A stretch of 63,827 bases of DNA, counting the filler, from Dirinaria sp. TL-2023a (Eukaryota), in assembly GCA_051941275.1 (NCBI GenBank). It is 7 parts of 7 records of this genome, joined end to end, with 100 filler letters (N's around TTAATTAATTAA, not from the genome) between each part and the next. Parts side by side here need not be neighbours in the genome. Positions count along the whole stretch, not along the records: positions 45,688 to 54,716 come from JAVEBF010001104.1; positions 54,817 to 63,827 come from JAVEBF010001105.1; 5 more parts are not named here. One strand, 5' to 3'. A model generated the notes under the pieces. That model was not told the DNA's origin. It worked only from the letters and a program-made list of their open reading frames with translations, and did no database searches. Positions 51,473-62,841 of this stretch are shown in pieces (the stretch's first letter is position 1; each line of letters opens with the position of its first letter). The translations under genes and the position numbers were made by a program.

Positions 51473-51874
51473 TCAGCAGCAGCATTCGCAGCATTCGAAG
51501 CATGCGAGACCAGCGCATCTGTACCGTTTCCGTCAGCGGGCCCCGTCCACGATTCAGCGACACGGAGTATTCCAAAGACTCACATTCCACAGCAAACATC
51601 CTCTTTCTCACCACCACCGCGGAGGCTCATGGTCATGGGCTCTTGGGGCTTCTGTAGATCGCCTGTCAGCTAGTCTGCGGCAAGGCACAAAAACAAGCAT
51701 TTGCCAAGTGATATGATAGCAACAAACGATAGAAATGGGGCTAATGAAGACGGGCAATATCTCGGGAATAGGTTGTGAGAGACTTACAGGCTGTGCGTCG
51801 ACGACTTGAGGAGCGTCGTCAGCGGTTGCAGCGGTCATTTGGTGGGTAGGGAGGGGTTGCGTGATTTCAGGCAT
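51473..51874 (-). CDS. 66-aa Cys-rich tail microprotein (CYSTM-like). Exons 51874-51788, 51651-51584, 51518-51473.
   Basis: Spliced translation MPEITQPLPTHQMTAATADDAPQVVDAQP|KPQEPMTMSLRGGGEKEDVCCGI|CAGLACFECCECCC*. Both introns have gtaagt/gtgagt donors, ctgac branch sites and cag acceptors, and the phases match. Confidence 0.85.
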
Positions 51875-54716
51875 TGTTGCACAATCGCTTTGATGATAGT
51901 GGTGGTTGGATATGGATTTCAGGGATGTTGTTAGACTGAGTGGACTTGTTAAGAATGGAAACGGAGGCAGAAGAAGCTCAGTATTTGTATTTGGAGGCGA
52001 TGACAGATTTGATGAAGATACGAGTCAGGGGATGAACTGGCGTCCAATGAGTGAAAAGGCTCGCCAAGACCTCGGGAATAGGCTGTGCTGTGAGTGTTCC
52101 ATGTTTCCGGAGGCCTCCGAGGCAAAATTTGTGCATCAGAATCATGGCAGTGAAGCAACATAATTGTACACACAATCCGAAGATTAGGCTCTTCTTTTGT
52201 CACGCGGCGCTCTTGAATTCTGTGGGCGGGCGTCAAAGCACGAGCGTCTTGTCGCTGAAACAGCAACCAACTCTTTCGATATGCACTTGTTGGACGCCGG
52301 GTTGCAGGGGCGAATACCTAGTCAGAGCATAACAACGCAGCATCTAGGGAAAGAGCGTCTGACTATGGGTATACACGGCGTACAGAGGGAAGACTGTAAA
52401 GGGTTGCTGTGTATAAACTTTGAAGACGGAGTTCTTCGAATAGTATATTTATGAACTTAACTGGGATAGAAAGTAGGAAAAAGTTATGGCATCAGGAGCG
52501 AGGTCAAATAAGGACAGCGTTAAGAGGAGTAGTATGGGTATGTAGGCGCCAAATGCGAGCAACAAAGAAATGAATTATAGCACCCGCTCGAGGACATGAA
52601 TAGCAGGAAAGAGTAAAACATGTGCTGGCTATTAAGCGCTAGAAAATTTGAGCATCAGAGGATATCCAGTATTTTAAATTCTGTAGATTATATGACATGG
52701 ATTGGCTGCTTCTATAGTTTCGTATCAACCAACCCAAAACATCCTAGAGTTTTGTACTTTCTATTAGTAACAAAAATGCAATATTGCGGCTCCTTTTCAA
52801 AATGTCCAGCGTATAGCTCTCTGCATAGAATAGTCCCATTGGCGTGCAACTTAACTTATTCGTCAGGCATAAATGGCGAAGAGTCCTAAATCTGCGTTTC
52901 AGAGAAGTAGAGTAATTCGTGTACTTGTGACTTTGTAAATGAGTAAGGTTGTGATCCTGTACTGATTAAGAATTTTCTGCCCTTAAAACGCTTGCAATCG
53001 AACGCATTCCGCAATTGCAGCATCTGATGTGGTAGCATCTACGCCGTGGTCAAGCCCGTTTAGTTGATGTGTGAAGTAGGCCCTAGCATTTCTAAGGGGC
53101 TCGGAGGCTGTGCTACTGGACGTTATGATTAAGAAAATTCTGAGATCCTGATCTGGACAAAAATACCTTGACCTAGAAGCACGAAAGAGATTATAGAGGG
53201 CAAATTTCAAGGATCATAACGCATTAAGACCGACGAAAACAGCATACCACAAGTAGACAGATGTAGTGAAATCTATGCCTGAAGGGACGGCTTACGAGGC
53301 CACTGTCTCGCAATGGTGATAGAGCGGCAGACTGTATACGTATACACCAGCAAGCCAACGTATTGCATATGCTAATGAGATCAATGCTCCTAAGGAATAG
53401 ACGAAAATCGGGGTATTGTATCTAGATTTTAGCACATTGCAACCAACGCAAAAGCAATTCGTACAATGAGTAAGACGTGGCAGAATAGCACTGCATTTAC
53501 ATGAGAAATGCTCTTTGCTCTTCCTACCTAAGGGCAACGCAAAAGATCGGAGGTGAATGCTGGTGTGCTGTAGGATTTCTTGGAGTCAAAAGTCTCCATC
53601 GGGCTTGAGACATTGAACTATGATGATCCATATTCCTCTTGCAACGTGGAAACTTTCTCACAAAAGTGCGATTCCTTGACTTCAGCCGCTCCTCTATAGA
53701 TACGCATGACGCGAGCCTACAGGGAACATTCGCCATGAAACCTCTTTGTGTCCTCGTCAGAGGCCGAAGGGGCTGAGTTATCATGTTGCCCATTTGTTTT
53801 ATATACGATGAGGCAGAAGAGATGATCAACATTGAGCACTGAGCATCGAAACACAAGAGCGAATTAAGGAAAAATAAAATTCCGTAGTATGCATTTGAGC
53901 TCACCGGTCTCTCCATGAGTATGCCGCGCACGTGTGGACGATTTTATTCTGAGCGGGTGCTGTTATGATGAAAGTTTTCAGAACTGATAATCGGGCGCCC
54001 ACAGGTCTGTTCGAGCCAGCAGCGCCCCACACAGTGTCGTTGATGCAGAGAAAACTTTCCACCTTCATAGATATCTATGAGAAAGTTTGTAGGCTTCGAG
54101 AAGCGTTTAGTGGTACGCCTAGAAGATCCGTGAATGCCGAAGTATCACCTAAGATATCGCGTAGATCCTGAGCTTACCAAAAGCAGACGATGACGTTTCT
54201 CTTCATCGGATACACCTCCGTCTTGGAAGTTTTACACGGCCCCCATCTCTCAATTACCCGCTCACCTACATTATGTCACTTGAATTCTGATTTCTGACTT
54301 CGTCTTCAACCTCCACTCTTCAATTAACCCCAGGCTTCGTCAGAGGCACAGCAGTAATCCACGGGTAATCGACCCAGTCTTTCCAAAACCCCCCACATGT
54401 TGCAGAGTATCTATCTAACCACAACCTAGGCCGAGCCACAGAACTACCGCCGCAAAGCACGGCATCGAATCTAACTTCTGTAACCGGACCAAATAAAGGA
54501 ACGAAAGAAACAAAAAGAGAAAAAAAAAAACACCAACACAACTCCCATCCACCTCCTCAACCATGGCCCCCCTCAACCGCACCCTGACACACTATCTCCC
54601 CCTATCACTCACACCGCAAATCCCACCATCCAGACTCATCTCCACCTCATTATTACTAAAAGCCACTCACCACCCCCAACAACCACACCCACACCCACAA
54701 CAACAACAACAACAAC

Positions 54717-54816
54717 NNNNNNNNNNNNNNNNNNNNNNNNNNNNNNNNNNNNNNNNNNNNTTAATTAATTAANNNNNNNNNNNNNNNNNNNNNNNNNNNN
54801 NNNNNNNNNNNNNNNN
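54717..54816. other. Artificial contig spacer
   Basis: N44-TTAATTAATTAA-N44. Confidence 0.99.
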
Positions 54817-57800
54817 CCCATCACTCCGACCGATCCTGCTCCCTCGCTGTCGGGGTCGGGGGGTGTGGTGACCCCTTCTCCCGGCTCTCCCTCGCCCAGA
54901 GTGCCGGTTTTCGCCGCAGGTAGGTACACAAGGCATACGGAGAAGGAGCTGGGCTAACATGATGTGATAGCCGGCGAGGAACCCCTCGCCTGGTGCCGGC
55001 GGTGTGTGGGGAGGTTGGCGAATAGCTCCCAGACGCTATCATGCTCTGACATGACAATGCTGCACCTGTTGCTCCAGGCACGCGCCATCAGCTAAGTGTG
55101 CAATCCCGTGAATTATTGAGCGAGCTCATGAGTCGCCGAGCCAACAAGTATGTATCCGTTCTGTGGTATTACATATTTTACCTGGATTTTCTGACTTGGC
55201 ACTTTTTGCGCTCTTTTCGCCTCACCTTACCTGCGGAGCTTCTCATTCATGTTTCAAGTTGTTCCAAATCTTCGCTGTTTCGATCGAACGTCTGCGCGCT
55301 TCGATGTCTTGTTCTTACTGCGAAATTTTTTTCTTCTGGACGCTTCAGGCAAGAGTGGGTCATTGCAATTGGGAACTCCGAAGAAGAAAGTACATAAAGG
55401 ACGGATTATCAAGGACGAGCACTTCGAACAAGAAACCGAGGTTAGAATTCTGCTGTGAGCATCAAATGTACATAATGCTGACCATGACGGAAAACTTGTA
55501 TCAGATCCAAACTCCACCAAGGATCTTTACAATTCAAGACGAATCTTAGCAGTACGTCGAGATCTATACCAGGAAACAGGAAAAGGTTCAATAAGCGAGC
55601 AGTCGTTGATCGATGTTCAAATCTTTAGAATGGAAGTGAGCGAGATGAAGCTGGACTATTTGATCTTTCTTCACGGTACCAACCAACATGTGGTTGATGA
55701 AATGGTGCCAAATGACGGGGAAAGTATTGCACATCTTATACGGGCATCGCCAAATTGATCTCAAACCAGCCCAACAAAGGCGAACCTATTAGAGAATATC
55801 TTATATCAGAAGCTGTGTAAGAAAGCCGTGCGTGTAATGATTTGAGACATGCAGTGATGAGCTTAAGGCAAGAACTATATATTAAGAGAGGACTCCGCTG
55901 ACGCTTCACTGCATAGAGACATATCATGGATAGGAGAAGAAATGAAGCGAGTTTGCCAATGATGTTTGGCAAACCAGGCAATGACGTTCATTCCTCTCAC
56001 ATCTATCACAGAAACACCCACTGTTCTCCTGTCTGACAAAAGACGGTCCACTCTTACATCTACTGCAAGCACGCGTACTCATTCGACTGCTCAGGCCACA
56101 TCTACTGCAACAAGAGCAACTCAGAGCTTCTACTGCATCGATCTCATCTCAGGCTTTCGGCTGAACACCGATACACTCGTCGGAAGTTCAAGCGACGATC
56201 AAAGCCGCCACGCAAGCGGTGAGGGAAAATGGCGGCAAAGAGGCCACGTCTTCCAAGTATATCGGAGATTCTCAGGTCAATACCTTTAGGGATCATGAAT
56301 CGCGGGAGAGGGTCTACGTCTACGGGCCAACGCAAGGACCACAAAATTCTCTCGCCACCGAATGACTGACTCTAATTGCGTCGGAGTCGACAAAACCGTC
56401 CGTGTCAGGCACCTCACTGCTCTCATGTCCCAAGGATCCTATTAAATCGTACACAACGCTGGGCATATTGAAGAAGATGGAAAAAAGGTTAGCGGCACAA
56501 CAGCAGATCTCTGAGTAAGAGGAAAGGTAAGAATCAGAGCAAGAGCAGTCAGGTTCAAGACTCGCTAGATCCAGAATAACTCCTCATGCTATGTGCTATG
56601 ACATGCCGGTAGCAGCCAAGCCAGACCCCTGTAGGGGATATTGTGCACGGAAAATCAGACAATGATACAACATCGATTGAATCAAGGGTGGAAATCATAT
56701 AAGACAGGTTTGAAGCATGTTTCAGGTAACGACGTGCACTTATCAATAGGGAAAAGCACTGGGAATGCAGGGAGCTAATTTCATGATATGAAATGGAGAG
56801 GTAAATGACTCTTAGAAAGGAAATTCCTCTTTATGAGTCAAATACTTCCCATCTAGTTATTCAACGAATCTTATTGATGATAATGTTATAGCCAGACTTG
56901 ATAAAATACTCAGAGGAAACACTGCGCTTACGAAAATATTCTCAAGCTGATACGGTATGAGTCGAGTCAGTTGATGTAGAGTTTCTTCTAAAACGCTCTT
57001 TATCGATTCAAGCTTTTTGTTTTCGCTTTATCTCAAATTTCAATGAGTTTCAATGTCGATTTTCAATTTCGAAGCTGTGTTTCAAAGAGTCCGTCCGCTA
57101 ACGTTGGACTTTGTACAGCGGCAGTCAAGCGTCTAAAGAGTATGACCATGAGGAATGTGATACGCGAGACTCTCTCCAATCTATATTAAGTTCAACAGGA
57201 ATCGATACAGTGAGGGGGAGAAGGTGATCGGTTTTCTGAGAAGCTTCTGGTAATTAAACCTAACCTTCGAGCACTGAATGAAAGTCACGTTGTCAAGAAT
57301 CAAAATAAAAAGGTTATTGAGTCTCTCGAGGACAAAAGAATTGAAAATCGATCAATTCACATGAATGGAACTACGTGTTCTTTAAAAATCGACGCTGAGC
57401 AGTGTTTTCAATGGTATTGCCGATCCGGTCAGTATCATACTCAGTAGACTCTGATCTTCGTACGCTTTCTAAAACAACTCATTTCCCGGAGGCGATCAGG
57501 CTAGTCTGTTACACAATGATTACAATTGAATCATTCGATAACGGTTTACATCAGCTTGATTAAATATCGGATGGGAATCCACTGTCCAGCTCCTCGTCAT
57601 CCGATCTCGGGCGTGCTTAGTACAAGATGAGTGTAGAGACCGCGCGCTACAACACGTGCATGGCATGGGCTCTCATTCTTTTCCAGTCTACGCCCGGAAA
57701 AAGGTATAATTGAGTAGCTCTTGCGGAAATTGCAAGTTTCCGGACCATCGAATCGGATGCAGTTTGTACGGTCATGATCGCCTCAGTATGATCACTCAGG

Positions 57801-57963
57801 TTATCTGCTTTACGAGCCACGATCAATAAGCCCAAAGGCAATGAAAAGAATTATCGACAGAAGTCTTGAATCAGAAAGACCAACCACTGCTTTAAGCGAG
57901 CCAGTCCATTCTTTTCTGCTTACTGAAAAATTTTTCCAGATTCCCTGACTGTTTCCTACAGAA

Positions 57964-60010
57964 CATGTCGCCTATGGGAAATATGCGCTTCGCAAGATGC
58001 TGCGGACAAACAAAAGTCCTGATAAACGCCCGATATTATTTGTCAAATCGTCAAATATGTCAACATTGCAAGAGCTCAGTTGACTAAGTGGCGCGTGTAG
58101 AGACTGTGTCCTTTTCTCTTTACTAACACACTTCCTCAAATCTAACAGTGAATCTTCCATGCTATCAATCTTAACAAGATTGCAATGATAACATTATCAA
58201 ACAGCAATCTTAGCATTGCTGATATCACCAGCAGCTTTTTCGTATTACGAACAGTTTCAGCTACAACAGCTTGAGTGAAAACAACAACATTAGCAATTTC
58301 AACAGCAACATCATCAGTCAACCTACATACACCATACCTCTCACTTTCATCAGCCGCGTGGGATGCTTGACATTGCCAGATAGCAGGCAAATTTCCATTG
58401 ATATCCGATTTCGCTACTTTGTACACATCACTTCTATAACAACTCGTACTCATCACAGACCTGCATTGAAGGTTATTCAACTAACATCAACTTATCCCTT
58501 TTCAGCGTGTATGCGCTGCTGTATTTTTTAGCGCGCAATCGATCGCCGTCAACCCGGAGCTTGGTATTCTCAGAGCACGACTTCAAAGACGATATCGAAG
58601 TACGGAGGATCAAGTTGAGAACCTTGGGCAGAACAGTATTTCTTATAATAAACTCCTTCCAAATCAAAACATACACAAAATACATACAACAATTCAGAGA
58701 AACCTTGCAAGATATCAAATCCTTCCAAATCTTGCACGCTTCGAATATCGCGCCATTTGCGTTAGGATCAGATTCCACAAGAGAAATCTAGTAAAAAGAT
58801 TAGAGGGAAGGTATTTCGACTACGTTTCAAATTTCATTCAAAACATGACTCTTGAAAACATTGAGGGGAAAATCCCAATAATTTGAATTTCAAACTATCG
58901 GAGCAAACGAAAGCTGAAATGACGACATACGATAAAGGCCAGATTCAAAAGTCTGTGGAGCGAGCCTTCGACACTTTTCTTCAGATAATTGAGAAGATCG
59001 AAGTAAATTGTAAGTCTCAGTGTGGCGATGATGTATTAGTTTTTGAACGAAATAAGTTTTTCATTGCATGTGATGAGAGAATTTGCTAATATCTCAAGGA
59101 CAAGAATTTCCTGGGAAAGAGAGCGGCTTAAGAGATGAGCTTGACGTGGGAGCGGAGCAGTTGAGTTATTTTATATCAATGATGTGATTTCGTTCTCTCT
59201 CTTTGATCTCTTACACTCTTCAAATCTGATCTGGATTCATTGCCAGATCATTCATCACGAGGATCAAGTCTGAATGAATCACAAACTCTTTCATGCTTCT
59301 GAAAAAAAACTTAATTTCGAATCTCTCAATTTGAGTTTTCAAAAGAAGCTTTCATTAGAGAGGCTTTCAATTTTGTCTTGAAATTCGTGGATCGTGAGAA
59401 AAGAAGCAATCAAATAGAAGCGATGAAAGCTGCTGCGAATAGTCTAAATGATCTCATGAAGTGAACAAGTTTTTTTTATCGTGACGAGCGAGTGTTCGAA
59501 GAGATGAAAACGAAATATGACATCGCGTTTTAAAATCTGATTGCACAGCTAAAAGAGATCATCGATATCGTCTCCCATGACAACAAGAGTGTCGATCGTC
59601 TCATTTTCGTCTCATTTTGAGCGTCTCCGAGCATAAAAAGCTGATTTTAAAAATCAGCAAGAAAGTTGAAATCATCTGATCGAAAATTTAATGATGCATA
59701 ATACAGAAGAAATTCTGAGACGTATTGAAATCGTAATGAGATAGACGAATGACGTCGAATTTCGTTCTCTCGAACAAGCTCAGTACGACGTCGTTAAGTT
59801 CAAATCTCGATTTGAAATTTCTCTTTGATCAAAATCGAAATGCTTTTTGAGATATTCAGCAGCAGCTGAACTTCGTTATCGCTCGCATTCTCGAATATAT
59901 TAAAACATGTCAACAATCGAGTATGTCGAAAATACATTTTTTTTTTCTCGAGATCTCGTCTGACTCTCAGATCAAAAATTCGCACGCTCTCGATTTCAAA
60001 TCGCGATGTT
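57964..60010 (+). pseudogene. Heavily mutated gene or repeat relic with Q/H-rich and helical remnants
   Basis: Runs such as CAA CAA CAT TAG CAA TTT CAA CAG CAA CAT CAT CAG contain stops explicable as C>T or G>A changes. The AT-rich 3' part is almost free of CC/GG. Confidence 0.45.
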
Positions 60011-60180
60011 TGAAAACATGTTACGGTTGCATGATTTTGTGACCATTGGTGATAGTCAGATTCTGTAGTTGCCGGGTTGTGACCATTGACGGTGGTCATG
60101 GCAACCATTTTTATTTAGGCAACCGTTCGATAGTTAGAACGAGCCAACTTTTCTACCATCAAAGAACCGTGCCATAACAC

Positions 60181-61158
60181 ATGATAGCATCAACGGTCAT
60201 TCATCCGGCGGATTTTATCGTCGAGAGCAAACCAAGATGGTCACGGAAGAGCAAAGGAGAGGCGGCTAAAGTATTCATATCTGGTGTTTGGTACTATGCG
60301 ACACACGGCGAGTATATCTTCGTCGATGACGAAGGCGCGCGCTTGAGGAATAGACACCCAAGCATGGTAAGATGCATAGTGCAAGCATCATCATTTGCAA
60401 AGAAGACCACGGTGAAGATATCTGTACCACAAAAGGTATCACCATTTGCGTCCACGACACCGTCAGCGAAGACGCCAGTTCCTGTTACTGCACCATCAAA
60501 GGTGTCACCGTTTATCGCCTCCACGCCATCAAAAATGACACCAACCTCCAAACCACCACTCATCGATCCTACGATAGTGAGTGTCGAAGAGGACGAAGAT
60601 GAGAATGAAGACGAAGAGAACGATGACCAAGATGATAAAAGTATGCTGAGTGGACCGTTTTCCGCTACTTCATTCAACATCGTACCATCAACGATGCAAC
60701 AATCTTCCCAATTTCATATTTTGTTCACTACCACACCATTCGAAGTCCAACTACAGACGGTAAAGTCAATGATGTTTATATCGTCGCAAACCCCGAGATC
60801 ACCATCTACGGGTTCCGAATCTCCAAGAATCACATTATTCACGATCTCACACAAGTTCTTATCTGACGCACCATCATCATTCAAACGAACGCGTATTGAT
60901 CGTTAATTGTCATCTGCACCACTATCAAGAGCAGCAACGGCACTTCAGACGTAATTGATAGCGAAAGCGGCTCGCGCTTACGAGACCATCGCCCGAGACA
61001 CGCTCATTGATATTGTTGAGATAATGTCGTCGATTGGCGGCGAAGCGTACGACAAGTTGCTGAAACTTTACGAGGAGGCAAAGGCAAAGATGACGGACAC
61101 GGTTAGAATCATTGAGGATGGCGGATTGGACTCTTTTGTCTCCTCTCCAGTGACTTGA
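60181..61158 (+). pseudogene. Orphan reading frame interrupted by two TAA codons
   Basis: ORFs 60181-60906 and 60955-61158 share a frame, separated by TAA at 60904 and 60952. It contains an internal duplication KVSPF..TPS and an acidic run. Confidence 0.5.
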
Positions 61159-61219
61159 TTGCATGTAAGCTATCTGATAGAATCTCTAAGCTGTTAAATT
61201 GAAAATTCAATTTCTCCCT

Positions 61220-62314
61220 TTAGCTGTTCAATATGGTCTCGGGAAGCATATTCTCGCCGTCGATTGTGGCGATCCGTCGCCGCCTCAGGATATCATTAAT
61301 GTCTTCAAGGTGAGTAGTCATAGAACGCCAACCCCACTTGCCATGAGTCCTGATGCAGCTTTGAGACGGGCTACTCTATGTTGATTCTGTGGATTCCTCA
61401 GCTTTTCTTTGTCAGAATTTCTCTGATTCTATTTTATCGATACGTTTTCACTTCACATGTTCGGCGAGACAAAATCGCAACGTGGTTTGTGGGCGCCTGT
61501 ATCATGACTTGGGCAATTGCTTCGCTGATAGTTTTTATCCTTCAATGCTCCCCAATCCATTATTTTTGGGATCGCACCTAGTCACTGGTTGGATTCGAGC
61601 CACCCATCCACGACAAGTTCCTCCCTTCATTGAACCACTGAGCTGCTCCGATGTTGCTCAGCACCATTTCCGATTTTTAAGTCTTGCTACTTCTCGGGAT
61701 TGCCCTGTGACCTCTACGAATGCCTCGGTCCAAGAAAGTGGGTCTCTTTTTGTTGTTCTCGCTCGGTGCTTTGTAAGTGTCTGCTTTCGAAGACGCTACA
61801 TCCAAGTGGGTTGACAGGTGTGTGGCGCGAGCATTGTGAAAATCTATTATGTCTTCGCAGTCGATAACAGCTCGGACTCGACCTGTAAGATCAGCATTCT
61901 ACAGCGATGATTTCTGCTTGTACTAATCTTCTCTTAGGTTTCAATATAGAAATACCCTTGTGGATCATTGCCGAGTGTTGCATCCGCCTAGTTTGTGCAT
62001 GTATCCCATGCACGGCGCTTCTTGCTCGAATCGTAACGATGGGTCCTATCGCTGCATTCAGCTCAAAGAAACCCTCGTTAATCACCACCCCGAAGCAACT
62101 ACAAGCTTGACCTGGCGGCCACCGTTTGCACTCTGGGAAAAAGAGTCCAATTGATCTTTCTGAGACAAATACCGAGTTGCATGAATGGTCCCATGGCAGG
62201 AACGCGCAGAGCCACATATCCGGAGAAAGCTCCCCCTGGATGCAATCACATATTTCTGCAACGGCCGGGTTGATGATGTTGAAGACATCTGGTGATGGTC
62301 GGATTCAAGCTTAA
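61220..62314 (+). pseudogene. PTH11-like (fungal rhodopsin-domain) integral membrane protein pseudogene, 5'-truncated
   Basis: AVQYGLGKHI, RISLILFYRYVF, QCSPIHYFWDR, LSTISDF, L*PLRMPRSKKVGLFLLFSLG and WIIAECCIRLVCACIP are present, with four in-frame stops between 61579 and 61710. Confidence 0.8.
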
Positions 62315-62841
62315 GACCGGATTGCCGGAGGCGGGGAGGGAATGTTGGTCATCAGGGCTGTTATGCCTACCTAATACATTGGCATAAACCTCGTATCGGT
62401 ATGTGCATCTGTATCGGCGTATAGTAGCTGTGCAAAACGGCTTCGGGATGTTTCTAATCACCGAATGGCGAACAAAGAAAAGCTCAGCCCTCCACTGGGG
62501 CAAAGGAATCTATTTTAGCTTTAGGGCTTTGCACGGCATGTGACATCCATCTCATCCAGTGACAAATGAATCGCCACTCACATGTCAGATCCGGTTTCCT
62601 TCACTCCACATATTCCTAGATCATGATGTAAGCTATGGAGAAATCCAAGTCCTGTTCCCTTACTTACTTTACTCTCATCTCTGCCGAGAGGGACCCCATT
62701 ATCATTCCAGTTATCGTGCTTACCACTTTCTCGGCCTTGCTATCGACTCTGCCAGAAACCTGCCTTCAAAGTTCTCTATCAGATTCCGCTTTCCAAATCT
62801 ATTGATAGTCAGCTTCAAACCATAGTTCAACAGCACGAGCC

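Noticed and set aside
54563..54716. ORF MAPLNRTLTHYL... with a CAA repeat running into the gap
   Set aside because: It could be a gene start but is too short and low-complexity to call.
55098..55549. F-box-like fragment (LTLPAELLIHV)
   Set aside because: The motif is weak and the frames are broken, so no coherent gene model could be built. It is probably a relic.
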